Part shown: positions 48,511 to 64,000 of the stretch, piece after piece
Numbering within the stretch: the first letter of the stretch is position 1
Layout: every line of letters starts with the position of its first letter
Assembly: GCF_009914755.1 (NCBI RefSeq)
Contig: NC_060945.1
Length of the DNA: 64,000 nucleotides
Reading direction: 5' to 3' (one strand)
From: the human T2T-CHM13v2.0 reference genome, Homo sapiens
Program-made: the position numbers and the translations under genes
Notes under the pieces: model-generated
The model's database searches: none
Told to the model about the DNA's origin: nothing
The model's input: only the letters and a program-made list of their open reading frames with translations

Positions 48511-49774
48511 GTGTTTCATACCTATATTTTTAGACATAAAATGTGTAACCTACAAAATTTTCTTGATTTGTTAGTTTTATTTGTTGTAAGTTTTTATTTC
48601 AGAATTAAATGTGCGTATCAACATTTGTTATGTTCTCATAAACTTCTGTAATACATGGAGATTCCTGGTCCACATATGTAAGTCTCTACATGAATATTAT
48701 TTTGAAGCATTTAAGCTTCTGTTTTAATATTTCAAAGGTCTAAATGAAATTGAGATTTTGGTTTCTGAGATGAAATCATGGTAGTTGATTGAGAAATGCT
48801 TAAAAATTAGCCAAAACTTAAAATTAAGTTAAAGTTTACCTTTAAGATTCAACCTGAATAAGTCACCTGTATTGCTGGTAATAAAGGAAACTTCAGAGAA
48901 TGTTTTTCTTTCCCCAGTTGACATATAAATTAAAAGATGTAAAAAATTTTTATGGCCTTATGCATTTTTTACTTTAGAATTCCAACTTTTTCTGGTTAAA
49001 ATTTTTCCAAACAGATTCCTTGTATTTGAAGACAAATAATTTTTTAGTTGAACTGCTTAAGCAGTTAAATAAGGCCATGGAAGTTTCTCGAACTTATGGG
49101 AATACATGAGAAAATCTGACATTATGTTCTATTCTCTTGGAAGGTAGAAATATCGTTTGACTTCTGTTTTGCTGACAAGAAATGTCCTGAGCAAGACTAC
49201 CTGGGACAATGACCTCACACATGGAAAACGTTGGAGCCCATCTGTTTCCAATCTGCTTTTTTCCAAAAATTAGGGAAGTTCAGTTTTCCCTTTGATACTC
49301 TCTGTTACTACCAATACCAATGCCAGGGCTGTCCTGCTTCTACAAGTGACTATGACAAATATAGGCCTGAAGAAAGATGAGCTGATGGCATTCCCAGATT
49401 ATTACCTCTCCTTGGGGGCCTTATCTCACATACATGGATTCAACTCATAGACTCAGCTGGGTGAGGATCTATTATTCAGCTACATTAGAAGTGACTGCTT
49501 AAGACTCAGGTGTGTGGTGAAATGAGGCAGAATTTTCTCAATGGAGTGTTAGGAGAATTTTCTCCTCATAATTACCATCTTACTATCACTAAATCATAGC
49601 TAAACTGAGGAAATTATTCAAGAAGAAATAGAAATGTAATCTTAGGAAGACATAAATTTAGACATTTGTGGAGAGCCCTTCATAATTTTATGGTGTTCTC
49701 TTTGAGCTGGGATTATAGTTGACTTTTCATTATAATATATTAGCTGTTCTAGACTTTATGCATTTACGTAAAGT

Positions 49775-54288
<4,514 letters not shown>

Positions 54289-55403
54289 CTAAAGTATGAT
54301 TTCTTATTACATGAGATGTTTTAAATACATAACAATAATGATATTTATCAAAAATAATATTTTGTTTCAATGTGATAAAAATTGCTAATAAATCAATTCT
54401 TTTTTGGTTATCACAAAGCTATCTGGAAATGTAATGTCTGCCATTTATAAAATTTTGTAGGGTTAATAGAACTTTACTTGAAAGGAGGCTGGCAATAGGC
54501 ATCATGACTTCAAGCACTGCCAGTGAAGTTGCGGATTTTGAAGTGGTAATCACATCTTGTTACTGGGATTATAAATTTGTACAAGCTTTATCAATTGTGA
54601 TTAAACAATATATACCAAAATTATAAATGGCAATACTCTCTGATTCAGCAATTTCATTTCCAGAAATTTACCCTACAGACATACTCATGAAGCCTGGAAT
54701 TATGTATGAATGGGAGAAAGTATTATACCACCTTTTTAATTAACAAAAGTCTAGAAATCACCTTAATGTTTGTCGATCACATTAATGATTATCACCTTAC
54801 TGTTTATTGAAATTATGGTTATTCATATGATAGAATACTATGCAGCTATTTTTAAAAAATAAATTTTAAAAAGATGCTCAAAACTGATGTCCAAGATATG
54901 TTACAAAGTAAAAAACCTGGGTGCAGAGGCATGTGTGTAATATGCCTCCATTCCTATAAAATCAGAGTGTATATAAATGCATACAGTATCTCTATTAACT
55001 GGTAACTCTTACAAAATTCAAAGTTAATGCAGGCAAGGCCTTTCTTTTTTAATGCTAAAACTCCAAGGAACTGCACAACATTTGAGGATTTCCAACACAT
55101 GCCAATCTACCTTTGAACCTACAGATTTTAGGAAATGAGGCTTTTGAAAAATCAAGCATTAATATTTCTAGCTACAGTTGTTTGGGACATAATTAGAATG
55201 ATCCATTCTTTGGAAGTCTGTAAAATTTGCTCATACAACCATCTGGGCCTAGTCCTTCCTTTGTGAAAGATTTTATTTTACTAGAGATTTTATGTTCTTC
55301 ATGTTATAGTACTTCCTCAGTTTTCTATTTCTTCCTGATTCTTGAGTCAATTTTGGTACCACTTAGTACCCCACAGGGTGCTTGGGCTCAGAACACATCA
55401 GTC

Positions 55404-55767
55404 AAAGAAAGAGAGAAGAAAGGAAGGCAGGAAGGAAGGAGGAAGAAAAGAAGGAAGGAAAGAACGGGACAAAGAAGGAAAGAGAGAAGGAAGGAAAGAA
55501 TGAGAGAAAGAAGGATGGAGGGAGAGAAAGATGGAAAGAGAGAAATAGAGAAGGAAATGAGAGAGAAGGAAGGAAGGAGGGAGAGAAAGAGGGAAAGAGA
55601 AAGAAGGAAAGAAACAAGGAAGCAGGGAGGGAGAGAAAGAGGAAGGGAGAGGAAGGAAGGAAGGAAGAGAGGAAGGAAGGAGAGTGGGGGGGAAGGGAGA
55701 GAGAGAGGGAGGGAGGGAAAGAAAGAAAGAGAGAAAGGTGAAAGGTGGGGACAGAAAGGGAAGAGGA
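55404..55767. repeat. Polypurine (GAAG/GGA/GA) tract
   Basis: About 360 bp almost purely A/G. Confidence 0.95.
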
Positions 55768-55996
55768 GCCAGCCACAGGCTACAGGCTGTTTGTTCACTC
55801 TTTTATGTGACCCAGGCAGTTTTGCCTTTTAAATATTCCACCTTCTGCCATGAGTTACACGCTTCAATATTCATTCCTCAGAGCATTCAAAGGTCTATGT
55901 GTGCCCTGCCATGAAGGAGTATGGCTTCAACTCTCAAACACAACTCTCAGCCAAAATATTAATGACTGGTCCCTCCCATACACTCATCAATCCCCC

Positions 55997-56390
55997 ATAT
56001 ATGGTCTGCATGTGTCTCCCAGAGCTCACATGTTGGAAGCTTAATCCTCTATGTGACAGTGTTGAGAGGCAGGGCCTAATAAGAGTGATTGGATTATGAG
56101 ATTCTGCCCCCATGCACGGATTAATGTCACTATCTCAGGAGTAGGTTAGTTATCTTTGGAGTGGGCTTGTATTAAAAGCAAGTTCAGCCCCTTTTGCTCT
56201 CTTTCTTTCTGAAAGTCTTGCTCTGCTGCCTTCAGCCATGAGATGACACAGCAAGAAGGCCCTCACCAGATGCAGACCCCCTCATCCTTGGACTTCCTAG
56301 CCTCCAGAACTCTAAGAAATAAATTTCTTTTCTTTATAGATTCCCTAGTCTATGATATTCTGTTATAGCCGCACAAAATGGGTTAAGATG
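55997..56390 (+). mobile_element. MST (C/D-like) MaLR solo LTR
   Basis: ...cacagcaagaaggccctcaccagatgc...ggacttcctagcctccagaact...aataaatttc. Confidence 0.75.
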
Positions 56391-56667
56391 CCCCATTACA
56401 TGGAGAGTGCTGATCCACAGGGTTAAGATCATTGACTTAGGGCTTGGAGTCTTATACAACATCCCTATGGGAATTGGTCTCCATATTCCCTATCTTCCAG
56501 GAATCTCAAACGGTGATCTCAGACCAAAATATAGTCCAGATATTTTGCATTTGGCAATATTGCCCACTTTTCCACAACTTTATCGTGGCAGCTTTGATGT
56601 GCTCACTTTTATGATCCCTGAAAGGATATGAGTTCAAGATCCTGCAAGGTTACAATCCAAGGATAGA

Positions 56668-56836
56668 AGAGCCTAGTCAAGAGTCCCATCACCTGGGTGA
56701 TCAGTGCAGAGATATGTCACAAAGCCTCCATAGGCAAAGCCTAGACAAGAGTTACCTCACCTGGGTGATCAGTGCAGAGATATGTCACAAAGCCCCCATA
56801 GGCAGAGCCTAGACAAGAGTTACATCACCTGGATGA
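56668..56836. repeat. Beta (68-bp Sau3A) satellite, about 2.5 monomers
   Basis: GATCAGTGCAGAGATATGTCACAAAGCC at 56699 and 56767 (period 68). Confidence 0.93.
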
Positions 56837-56889
56837 CAGGCAAACAACAATGACAACTTATTTTCATCCCCAATTCAGTCTTTGAGGTT

Positions 56890-57040
56890 AGACAGACCTG
56901 GATTCAAATCCAAGCTCCACCCCTCACTGTGTGAGCTTGCTCATGCTGCTAACCTCTCTGAGACTTGACTCTTCATTTGTGAAATGAGGATAAAACCCCT
57001 TCTCTCAGGGGCTGTGCCAAAGATGAAATGAGTCATGCAT
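56890..57040 (+). mobile_element. MIR
   Basis: cagacctggattcaaatcc...aacctctctgag...catttgtgaaatgaggataa, MIR core. Confidence 0.75.
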
Positions 57041-57056
57041 TGGTCAGGACAAGTGA

Positions 57057-57435
<379 letters not shown>

Positions 57436-57597
57436 TTGAGTTCTCAATTGATTTCACATCCATCACGGGTCAACAAAGGGGCTCTGGTGGTCGTAGTCAT
57501 TCAGAGACTCAAACAGACAGACCCTTATCCCAGAAGATGCTCCCACAGTTCCAGAAACAGAGCAAAGAAAACACAATCAGCCATGAGCCACTTCTTA

Positions 57598-57964
<367 letters not shown>

Positions 57965-58580
57965 GTCTCAGGCTATGACTGAACTAGGAGGGTAGAAAGG
58001 ATAGTCATTTTGGTTGCCACAAAACGTCAAAACAAAGATGCAGATCATTGATGTAAAATTACAGTTAGTTCCTTCCCACTCCTTTTCAGCTACTCGTCGT
58101 TACCATGAGCCAGCGTCTCCAGGGTCAGTTTTCAGTCTATTGCCTCCCAGCTCCTAGTGCACCTTTCAATATGTGCACTGTGATAATCTGGGAAACACTG
58201 TTCAATATACCTTCTGGAAGTGAACATTCTGCAGGCATCTAGGTAGAGAATGGAGAGACTGCGGAGGACAAGAGCTCTCTGGCTGGGCTTTGATCATGTT
58301 CAAGCCCCAACCGCAGACCTAGGCATGGTCCCTCAGCCACCTTGTAGCCTTGGCTTGCAACATCTCGACATGGAAACCAAAACGCTGCACGGCCCATGTG
58401 ATATGAAAATTCTTGAAAAGTTGCCCAGACCCCCTCTTGTACCCCTTTTGTAACCTGCACACAGTGACCTGTAGTCTAGAGGGTCCGCACAGAGCTGTCA
58501 TTCCTACTGCCAGACCCTGCAAGACTCACGCGTTCTGGAGGCTTCCTGCCCTACAAAGGCAGCCAGACTCCCTCCATGCA

Positions 58581-58796
58581 TCCCTGCACCAGCGGCTCAT
58601 GGCCAGCTCCCTCAAATGCACTCCAGCGGCTCATGGCCAGCTCCCTCACCTGCCCCAACGGCTCACGGCCTGCTCCCTCACCTGCACCAGGTGCTCACGG
58701 CCGGATCCCTCCCCTGCACACCAGCGGCTCACAGCCGGCTCCATCCCCTGCACTCCAGCAGCTCATGGCTGGCTCCCTCACCTGCAATCCAGTGGG
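58581..58796. repeat. GC-rich minisatellite, 32-34 bp unit, about 6.5 copies
   Basis: Unit ctccctcacctgca(ct)ccagcggctca(t/c)ggcc(a/g)g. Confidence 0.9.
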
Positions 58797-59319
58797 TGGC
58801 CTAGTGCTGGTGCAAAAGCTGCTGACTAGCTCCAGCCTGCCCAAACCCACAAACGTCTCTTATGTGGTGGTTGAACCACATTTTATGACATCTGAACACC
58901 TTTCAAATCTGTGCTTCCTTGGGTACCTCCCTCTGCACTAGGGCACCAGGCAGAGTTGCTTTATGTCTTACAGTCACTCTTTTATCATAGTTGCAATCCT
59001 TTATCCTACACTTCCCTGTTAGACCCACTGTGTGGTTTCTATCTTTTGATGGGACCCAGGCTGCTACACACCCTAACCCATGCACATTGCACTTCATTAG
59101 TTCCTCACTATTGGCCAAAGATCATGCTCCACCACCCCTCTCTGCCCCCGACTTTCTTTCCTTAATTGAAACCCCTAAATGTCCTCTTTGCACCCAAAGC
59201 TTACCTGCTCTTCCTTCCCTATATTCTTGGCCACACACAAAAATCTGATGCTCTGGCAAATGCAAAAATGGGGAGAAGGCAGGGGAATCATTTCTCTTCC
59301 CTTACGTAAGCACTGAGGG

Positions 59320-59450
59320 TAATGTCATTCCATTGTGTGAGGAATAAAAAAATGAGGCATAGAGAGCTGCCATGATTTGCCTGGACCAATGAAGCTGTCA
59401 TGGCAGAAGTGGAACAAAGGTTTAGGTGTCCCGAATGTCAGTCCAGCTCC
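59320..59450 (-). mobile_element. MIR fragment
   Basis: cattccatt...aaatgaggcatagagag...atgatttgcc. Confidence 0.5.
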
Positions 59451-59929
59451 TATGCCTTCAGAACGTGCTGTGGAGGGAGACACTGGGGGACCCCACTCAT
59501 GCTGAGCACTCAGGGTTACCCAGGTTCTGACAGTGGGGATGTGACAGGCTGAGCTGACTCAGTCCAGTCCTCTTATACCAAATAAGGATGGAAACCCTCA
59601 CATAATAGAAGTGAAGACAGGGAACAAATCCAGGAACAATTAAGAGGCTGATGCCTGGAAGGCCTGGGCAGAATGACAGGGAGATTGGAGCAGAACAGAG
59701 GCCCTAGATGGGGACAAGGGGAAGGAAGTGGCCTCAGGGGCCAGATGACACCTGTCCACTGCACAGAGGCTGGAGCCTTGAGTTCCATCTAGTCCTTGTC
59801 AACTACAATCATTATGCCCTATGGCTCAACGAGTCCTGGAGAAAATGTGTTTTCTGCAGCCTGGGGAGGTGAGAGTAAAACAATTCAGCCTCAAGAAGTT
59901 GAAAGCCCAGGAAATCATAGCACGTGGAG

Positions 59930-60286
59930 ATGGGATTCATATTTAAATTTCCTGCCCTTGACTTCTGGTTTGGCCACTTGACTCACATTGGCCAATGGAT
60001 GTGGTAAAGTGGTTGTCTGCCCATTCTGAGCCTGGGTGGTAAGAGAAGAGATCTTCACATTTCCCTTTGTTCTTTGCACTCCTGCCATTGCCATGAGAAG
60101 AAGGCACCCTGGCAGGCCCCGACCCCAGGAGGATCAGAGACACTTGGAGCAGATCCAGCTCAACCACCACATTTCGATCTGAAACCTCCCAAGCAACCCA
60201 TGCTCATGAGTGAGAAATGGTGGCCTATGGTCGTAGGCCTCTGAGGTGTGGGATTACTTGTTACAAAGCTAGAGTTAATTAATAGA
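59930..60286 (+). mobile_element. MLT1-type LTR
   Basis: ttggccacttgactcacattggccaatgg...gccattgccatgagaag...cttgttac. Confidence 0.6.
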
Positions 60287-60533
60287 GATTTCTACCTCAC
60301 ATCCCTACAAATCAAATAACAAAGGAAATAAAATATGAAAAGCAGATTTCCAATTTTTAGAAGAAAACAGAGGACATATTTTATGACACTAAGCAGAGAG
60401 AAAAATTTTATATGACACAAAACACAGACACCGTAAAATAAATTACTGATAAATTCATTCAGTTGTATTAAATGTAGAAGCTTTGATCTGACAAAAGAGG
60501 CGATGAATAAAGTTAAAAGACAAAGACAGTGCA

Positions 60534-60888
60534 TGATATGATTTGGCTGTGTGTCCCCACCTAAATCTCATCTTGAATTGTCTTCCCATAATTCTCCTGT
60601 GTCCTGGGAGGGACCTAGTGGGAGATAATTGGAATCATGGGGGCCGTTCCCCCATACTGTTCTCCTGGTAGTGAATAAGTCTCACGAGATCTGACGGTTT
60701 TATCAGGGGGTTCCACTTTTGCATCATCCTCATTTTTCTCTGGCCACTGCCATTTAAGAAGTGCCTTTCACCTCCCACCATGATTCTGAGGCCTCTTCCG
60801 TCATGTGGAACTGTAAGTCCAATTAAACCTCTTTTTCTTCCCAGTCTGGGTTACGCCTTTATCGGCAGTGTGAAAATGGACTAATACA
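60534..60888 (+). mobile_element. THE1A solo LTR
   Basis: TGATATG...CTAATACA; perfect TSD GTGCA. Confidence 0.9.
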
Positions 60889-60966
60889 GTGCACCAATAG
60901 GGAAAACATATTTGTAAGGTATTTGGCCAAAAAAGCATTGATATCCAGATCATTAAAATCAAAATT

Positions 60967-61257
60967 GGCCAGTCGTGTTGACTCATGCCTGTAATCCCAG
61001 CACTTTGGGAAGCTGAGGCAGGTGGATCACCTGAGGTCGGGAGTTCGAGACCAGTCTGACCTACATGGAGAAACCCCGTCTCTACTAAAAATACAAAATT
61101 ATCTGGGCTTGGTGGCACTTACCTGCAATCCCAGCTACTCAGAAGGCTGAGGCAGGAGAATCGCTTGAACCAGGGAGGCGGAAGTTGTGGTGAGCCGCGA
61201 TAGTGCCATTGCACTCCCACCTAGGCAACAAGTGCAAAACTCCGTCTAAAAAAAAAA
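60967..61257 (+). mobile_element. AluSp-like
   Basis: Alu dimer, catggagaaacccc. Confidence 0.9.
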
Positions 61258-63193
61258 TAGTACTTACAAGTCAGCAAGGAGAAACCAAAGATCCAACAGA
61301 CTTATGGACCAGGAGCAATTCACAGAGAAGGAGACCCGAAGGGCTGGGAAACACAAGGCACACGTTCAGCTGCACTGCAAATTCCAGGAACAATATCAAA
61401 AAGTGCGATAACAAATATTGATGAAAATGAGTGAAGATGGATGTGAGCACTGCTGGCGAGGGGCATTGTGAGGACTCCAGCCCCAAGGTCATCTGGCTGT
61501 GCTTCCTAGGAAGGGCTGACAACAGACCTGTCCCAAGACCCCAAGTCTCACCAGGCTACGTGCAGGCTTTGGACCAGAACATCAGCATCATCTTGGGGTG
61601 GTGGTTGCAGGGGGAGGCACGCATCCTCTGCTCACCAGAAATGCAGAATTCTGGATTCATCTGGAAGATATTGTTGAAGGGAAAAGCAACTTTCAGGAGA
61701 GTATGTATGGACTGCTATTTGTATAAAATTGCAAAAACAGACCAAAAAAATACTATCCATTCTTCATGGACATGCACACTAGGTATTAAACATGGATGGG
61801 AAGACACACATTGACTTCAGAATAGTGGGAGGGTGGTGGTAACTGGACTGGAAAAGGGGCATATAACTTGAGCTTCAGCTTGAATATTATGGCTGAATCC
61901 GTAATGTTTTCTTCCCTTAAACTCTGGAGCAAATGCATCCAAATGTTACCACATTTGAATTTTAACTGGGAGGTACAAGAAAGTTTAATACCATTATCCT
62001 CTACGCAGTCCTGTGTGTTTGTAATATTGAGCCATATTTTTTAAACACTTGACTCAGCATGAAAGGAAGCTTGCCTACATGGTAACAATGGTTATCTTTA
62101 GGTAGCAGAATTCAAGACTGCTTCTTTTTTCTTTTCTTCCTACTTGTATGTTATCTCTATTTCCCTGTGTGAGGATTTATGACTGTTGTGATGAAAAGGC
62201 TAGTATTCTAACTCCCTGCATCATAAGCACACACCGTGCCCTGGCTGGCAGGATGGGGAGGAGGGAGCGTGTCTGTTCACCTGGCCAGCCCTAGGCAACT
62301 CTGCAGAGAAAGACACAGGCACTTCCCCTCTGCAGCCAAAGAGTTAAGAAGGCTCGATGTGAAATGAATCATTCCAGGGGAGCTAAATCCCGACCTTATC
62401 TAATTCTGTATCCTGAGGCTGATTAATTTAAACTCAAAAATAAAATAAACATCATCTTTAAATAGGGATTAAATACTCAGCGGGGTCCTTAGTTGAACAA
62501 ACTGACATACACTTTATGGTATGGATTCAAGGGGCCCAGGGTGGGGCGAGGGCTATCTGTGGGGATGCTAGCTGAGCTAATGAGAGAAAATCGCCAGTGC
62601 TCCTGGATTCCGGAGTGCATTCACCTTTAGCTTCTTCTCTGGATACCCGCAGAAAACCAAAGAGCCACCCTGTGGCAGGATCTTCACACAGGAAGTGGGC
62701 TTGTGCCCTGTGTCCCCGAGGGAGAAAGAATTATGGAGGGAGTGGGTGAAGAGTTTGGAGGAAACCCCTGATGTTCTTAGAAAACAGTAGGAAAGAGATT
62801 CCCTTGGCTGGGCATTGTTCACAAATAGGAGACAAATGCATGAACTAAAAACAGAGACTCCCAGCTCCCTCCATGGTCCCTGAGTTCAGAAGGGAACTCA
62901 GGGAGGTGGGGCAAGTAAAAAATTGAGTGGGTTATCTGACATGCACCTGGAGAGACCCACGAACCTGAGTCAGGCATGAGAGTGGGCAGCTGGTGGATTC
63001 TTCCAGACCTGCAGCATAAAGCCAGGCGGACGTCCCAAGAACAAGCCATGTCTGCAGAGGCCTCTACTGCATCCCTGCCTCATGGACACAATGTCACAGA
63101 ACAGAATTACATCATGTGGGAGGCCATGTGCAGTGTGAGTGTCATAATGGAGCTGGACCCAGAAGGTCCCAGACCCAGGTCCAGCTACGTCTC

Positions 63194-63554
63194 TGCTATA
63201 GTCAATGTTTGTGTGTCCCTAAAATCCGTGTGTTAAAACTAATCCCTGATAGGTTAGGTTTGAATTAGGAGGCAAAGACTTTAGGAAGTGATTTCACCAT
63301 GAAAGCAAAGAGCCCATGAATGGGATAAGAGGCCTTGTAAAAGGGAGAAAAGGGAGCTTGTTCTCTCCTTCCACCATGTGAGGACACAGCTAGGAGGTGC
63401 CCTCTGTAAGATACAGGTCCTCAACAGACACCTAATCTGCCACTACTTTGACCTTCCACTTGCCAGCATCCAGACCTATGAGACAAAATTTCTGCTGCTT
63501 ATAAGCCCCCTAGGCTAAGGTATTTTGTTACGGCAGCCCAAATGGAATAAGACA
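63194..63554 (+). mobile_element. MLT1A-type solo LTR
   Basis: TGCTATAG...AAGACA; TSD GTCTC/GCCTC. Confidence 0.8.
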
Positions 63555-63619
63555 GCCTCTGACCATCTTGAGCAACTCACTTATCTGTTGAACTCTCCAC
63601 AGATTTAACTGTGATGAAA

Positions 63620-63720
63620 TCCCTTCAACAGATGTATATTGAACACCTACTATGTATAAGGACACACTGTGTTATTAGATAGGGTATAAAGAAAGTCACA
63701 GTTCCCCAGAGGTAGGCACT
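63620..63720 (-). mobile_element. L2 3' end fragment
   Basis: ttcaacagatgtatattgaacacctactatgt. Confidence 0.6.
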
Positions 63721-64000
63721 GCCATAGCTGAAGAGCCAACCCAAGTTGCTGTTGCCAGTGGGGGAAGGGCTGGGTGTCAGAGAAGAAGAGAACTTGCCAA
63801 AGTCCATGTCTGCAGCAATATTGGAACGTCTAATGGATGGTTCCCAAAGTGGTGACTCCTCATCTTCTTACAAAAACTCGTAGTTGTCTCTGTGTAAAGT
63901 CTTCCCAGAAATGCAGGGCAGTTGAGAATATGCAGATCAGAAAAGACAAGAGGATAGAGAGAGCAGATTCTTGGCATCAGCAGCCACGGACTTCTTGCAG

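Noticed and set aside
55227-55914. 201-aa charged ORF and antisense Leu/Ser/Phe ORFs
   Set aside because: Translation of the polypurine tract.
56400-56640. 74-aa ORF beside the beta satellite
   Set aside because: No recognisable homology; possibly decayed retroviral internal sequence, unverifiable here.
58156-58179. Hairpin AGTGCAC-N10-GTGCACT as a possible ncRNA
   Set aside because: A 7-bp stem can occur by chance; no snoRNA or miRNA context recognised.
58413-58941. ORFs with repeated PAAHG/QRL motifs
   Set aside because: Produced by the minisatellite.
60780-60810. PRDM9 hotspot motif in THE1A
   Set aside because: The site reads cctcttccgtcat, not CCTCCCTNNCCAC; minisatellite units match only partly.

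Overview
Primate, most likely human or great-ape, genomic DNA of the pericentromeric or subtelomeric segmental-duplication type. No intact protein-coding gene is visible; the ORF track is explained by L1/ERV remnants, microsatellites and GC-rich repeat. From left to right: (1-2.9 kb) two tandem, diverged 5S-rDNA-type GC-rich units, one with a near full-length 5S pseudogene and one with only the 5S 5' end, with a solo LTR2 between them; (2.9-15 kb) old L1 fragments, a solo LTR6, MLT1 and AluY; (15-37 kb) a near full-length L1MA-type element hosting nested insertions, namely a 3'-truncated L1PA3/4-like copy, a full-length L1PA2/3-like copy with a 3' transduction and two nested TSD pairs, an MSTA provirus, THE1D, Alus and a CER satellite patch flanked by an 87-bp duplication; (38-46 kb) a decayed ERV1 provirus carrying LTR5 and THE1C, abutting an orphan TUBB8-type promoter and exon 1; (46-64 kb) more L1, a polypurine tract, a beta-satellite patch, an inverted Alu pair, a 32-34 bp minisatellite and MaLR LTRs. 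Repeat subfamily names come from recalled consensus sequences, not database searches. I cannot support a new biological system here; the best leads are structural and evolutionary.
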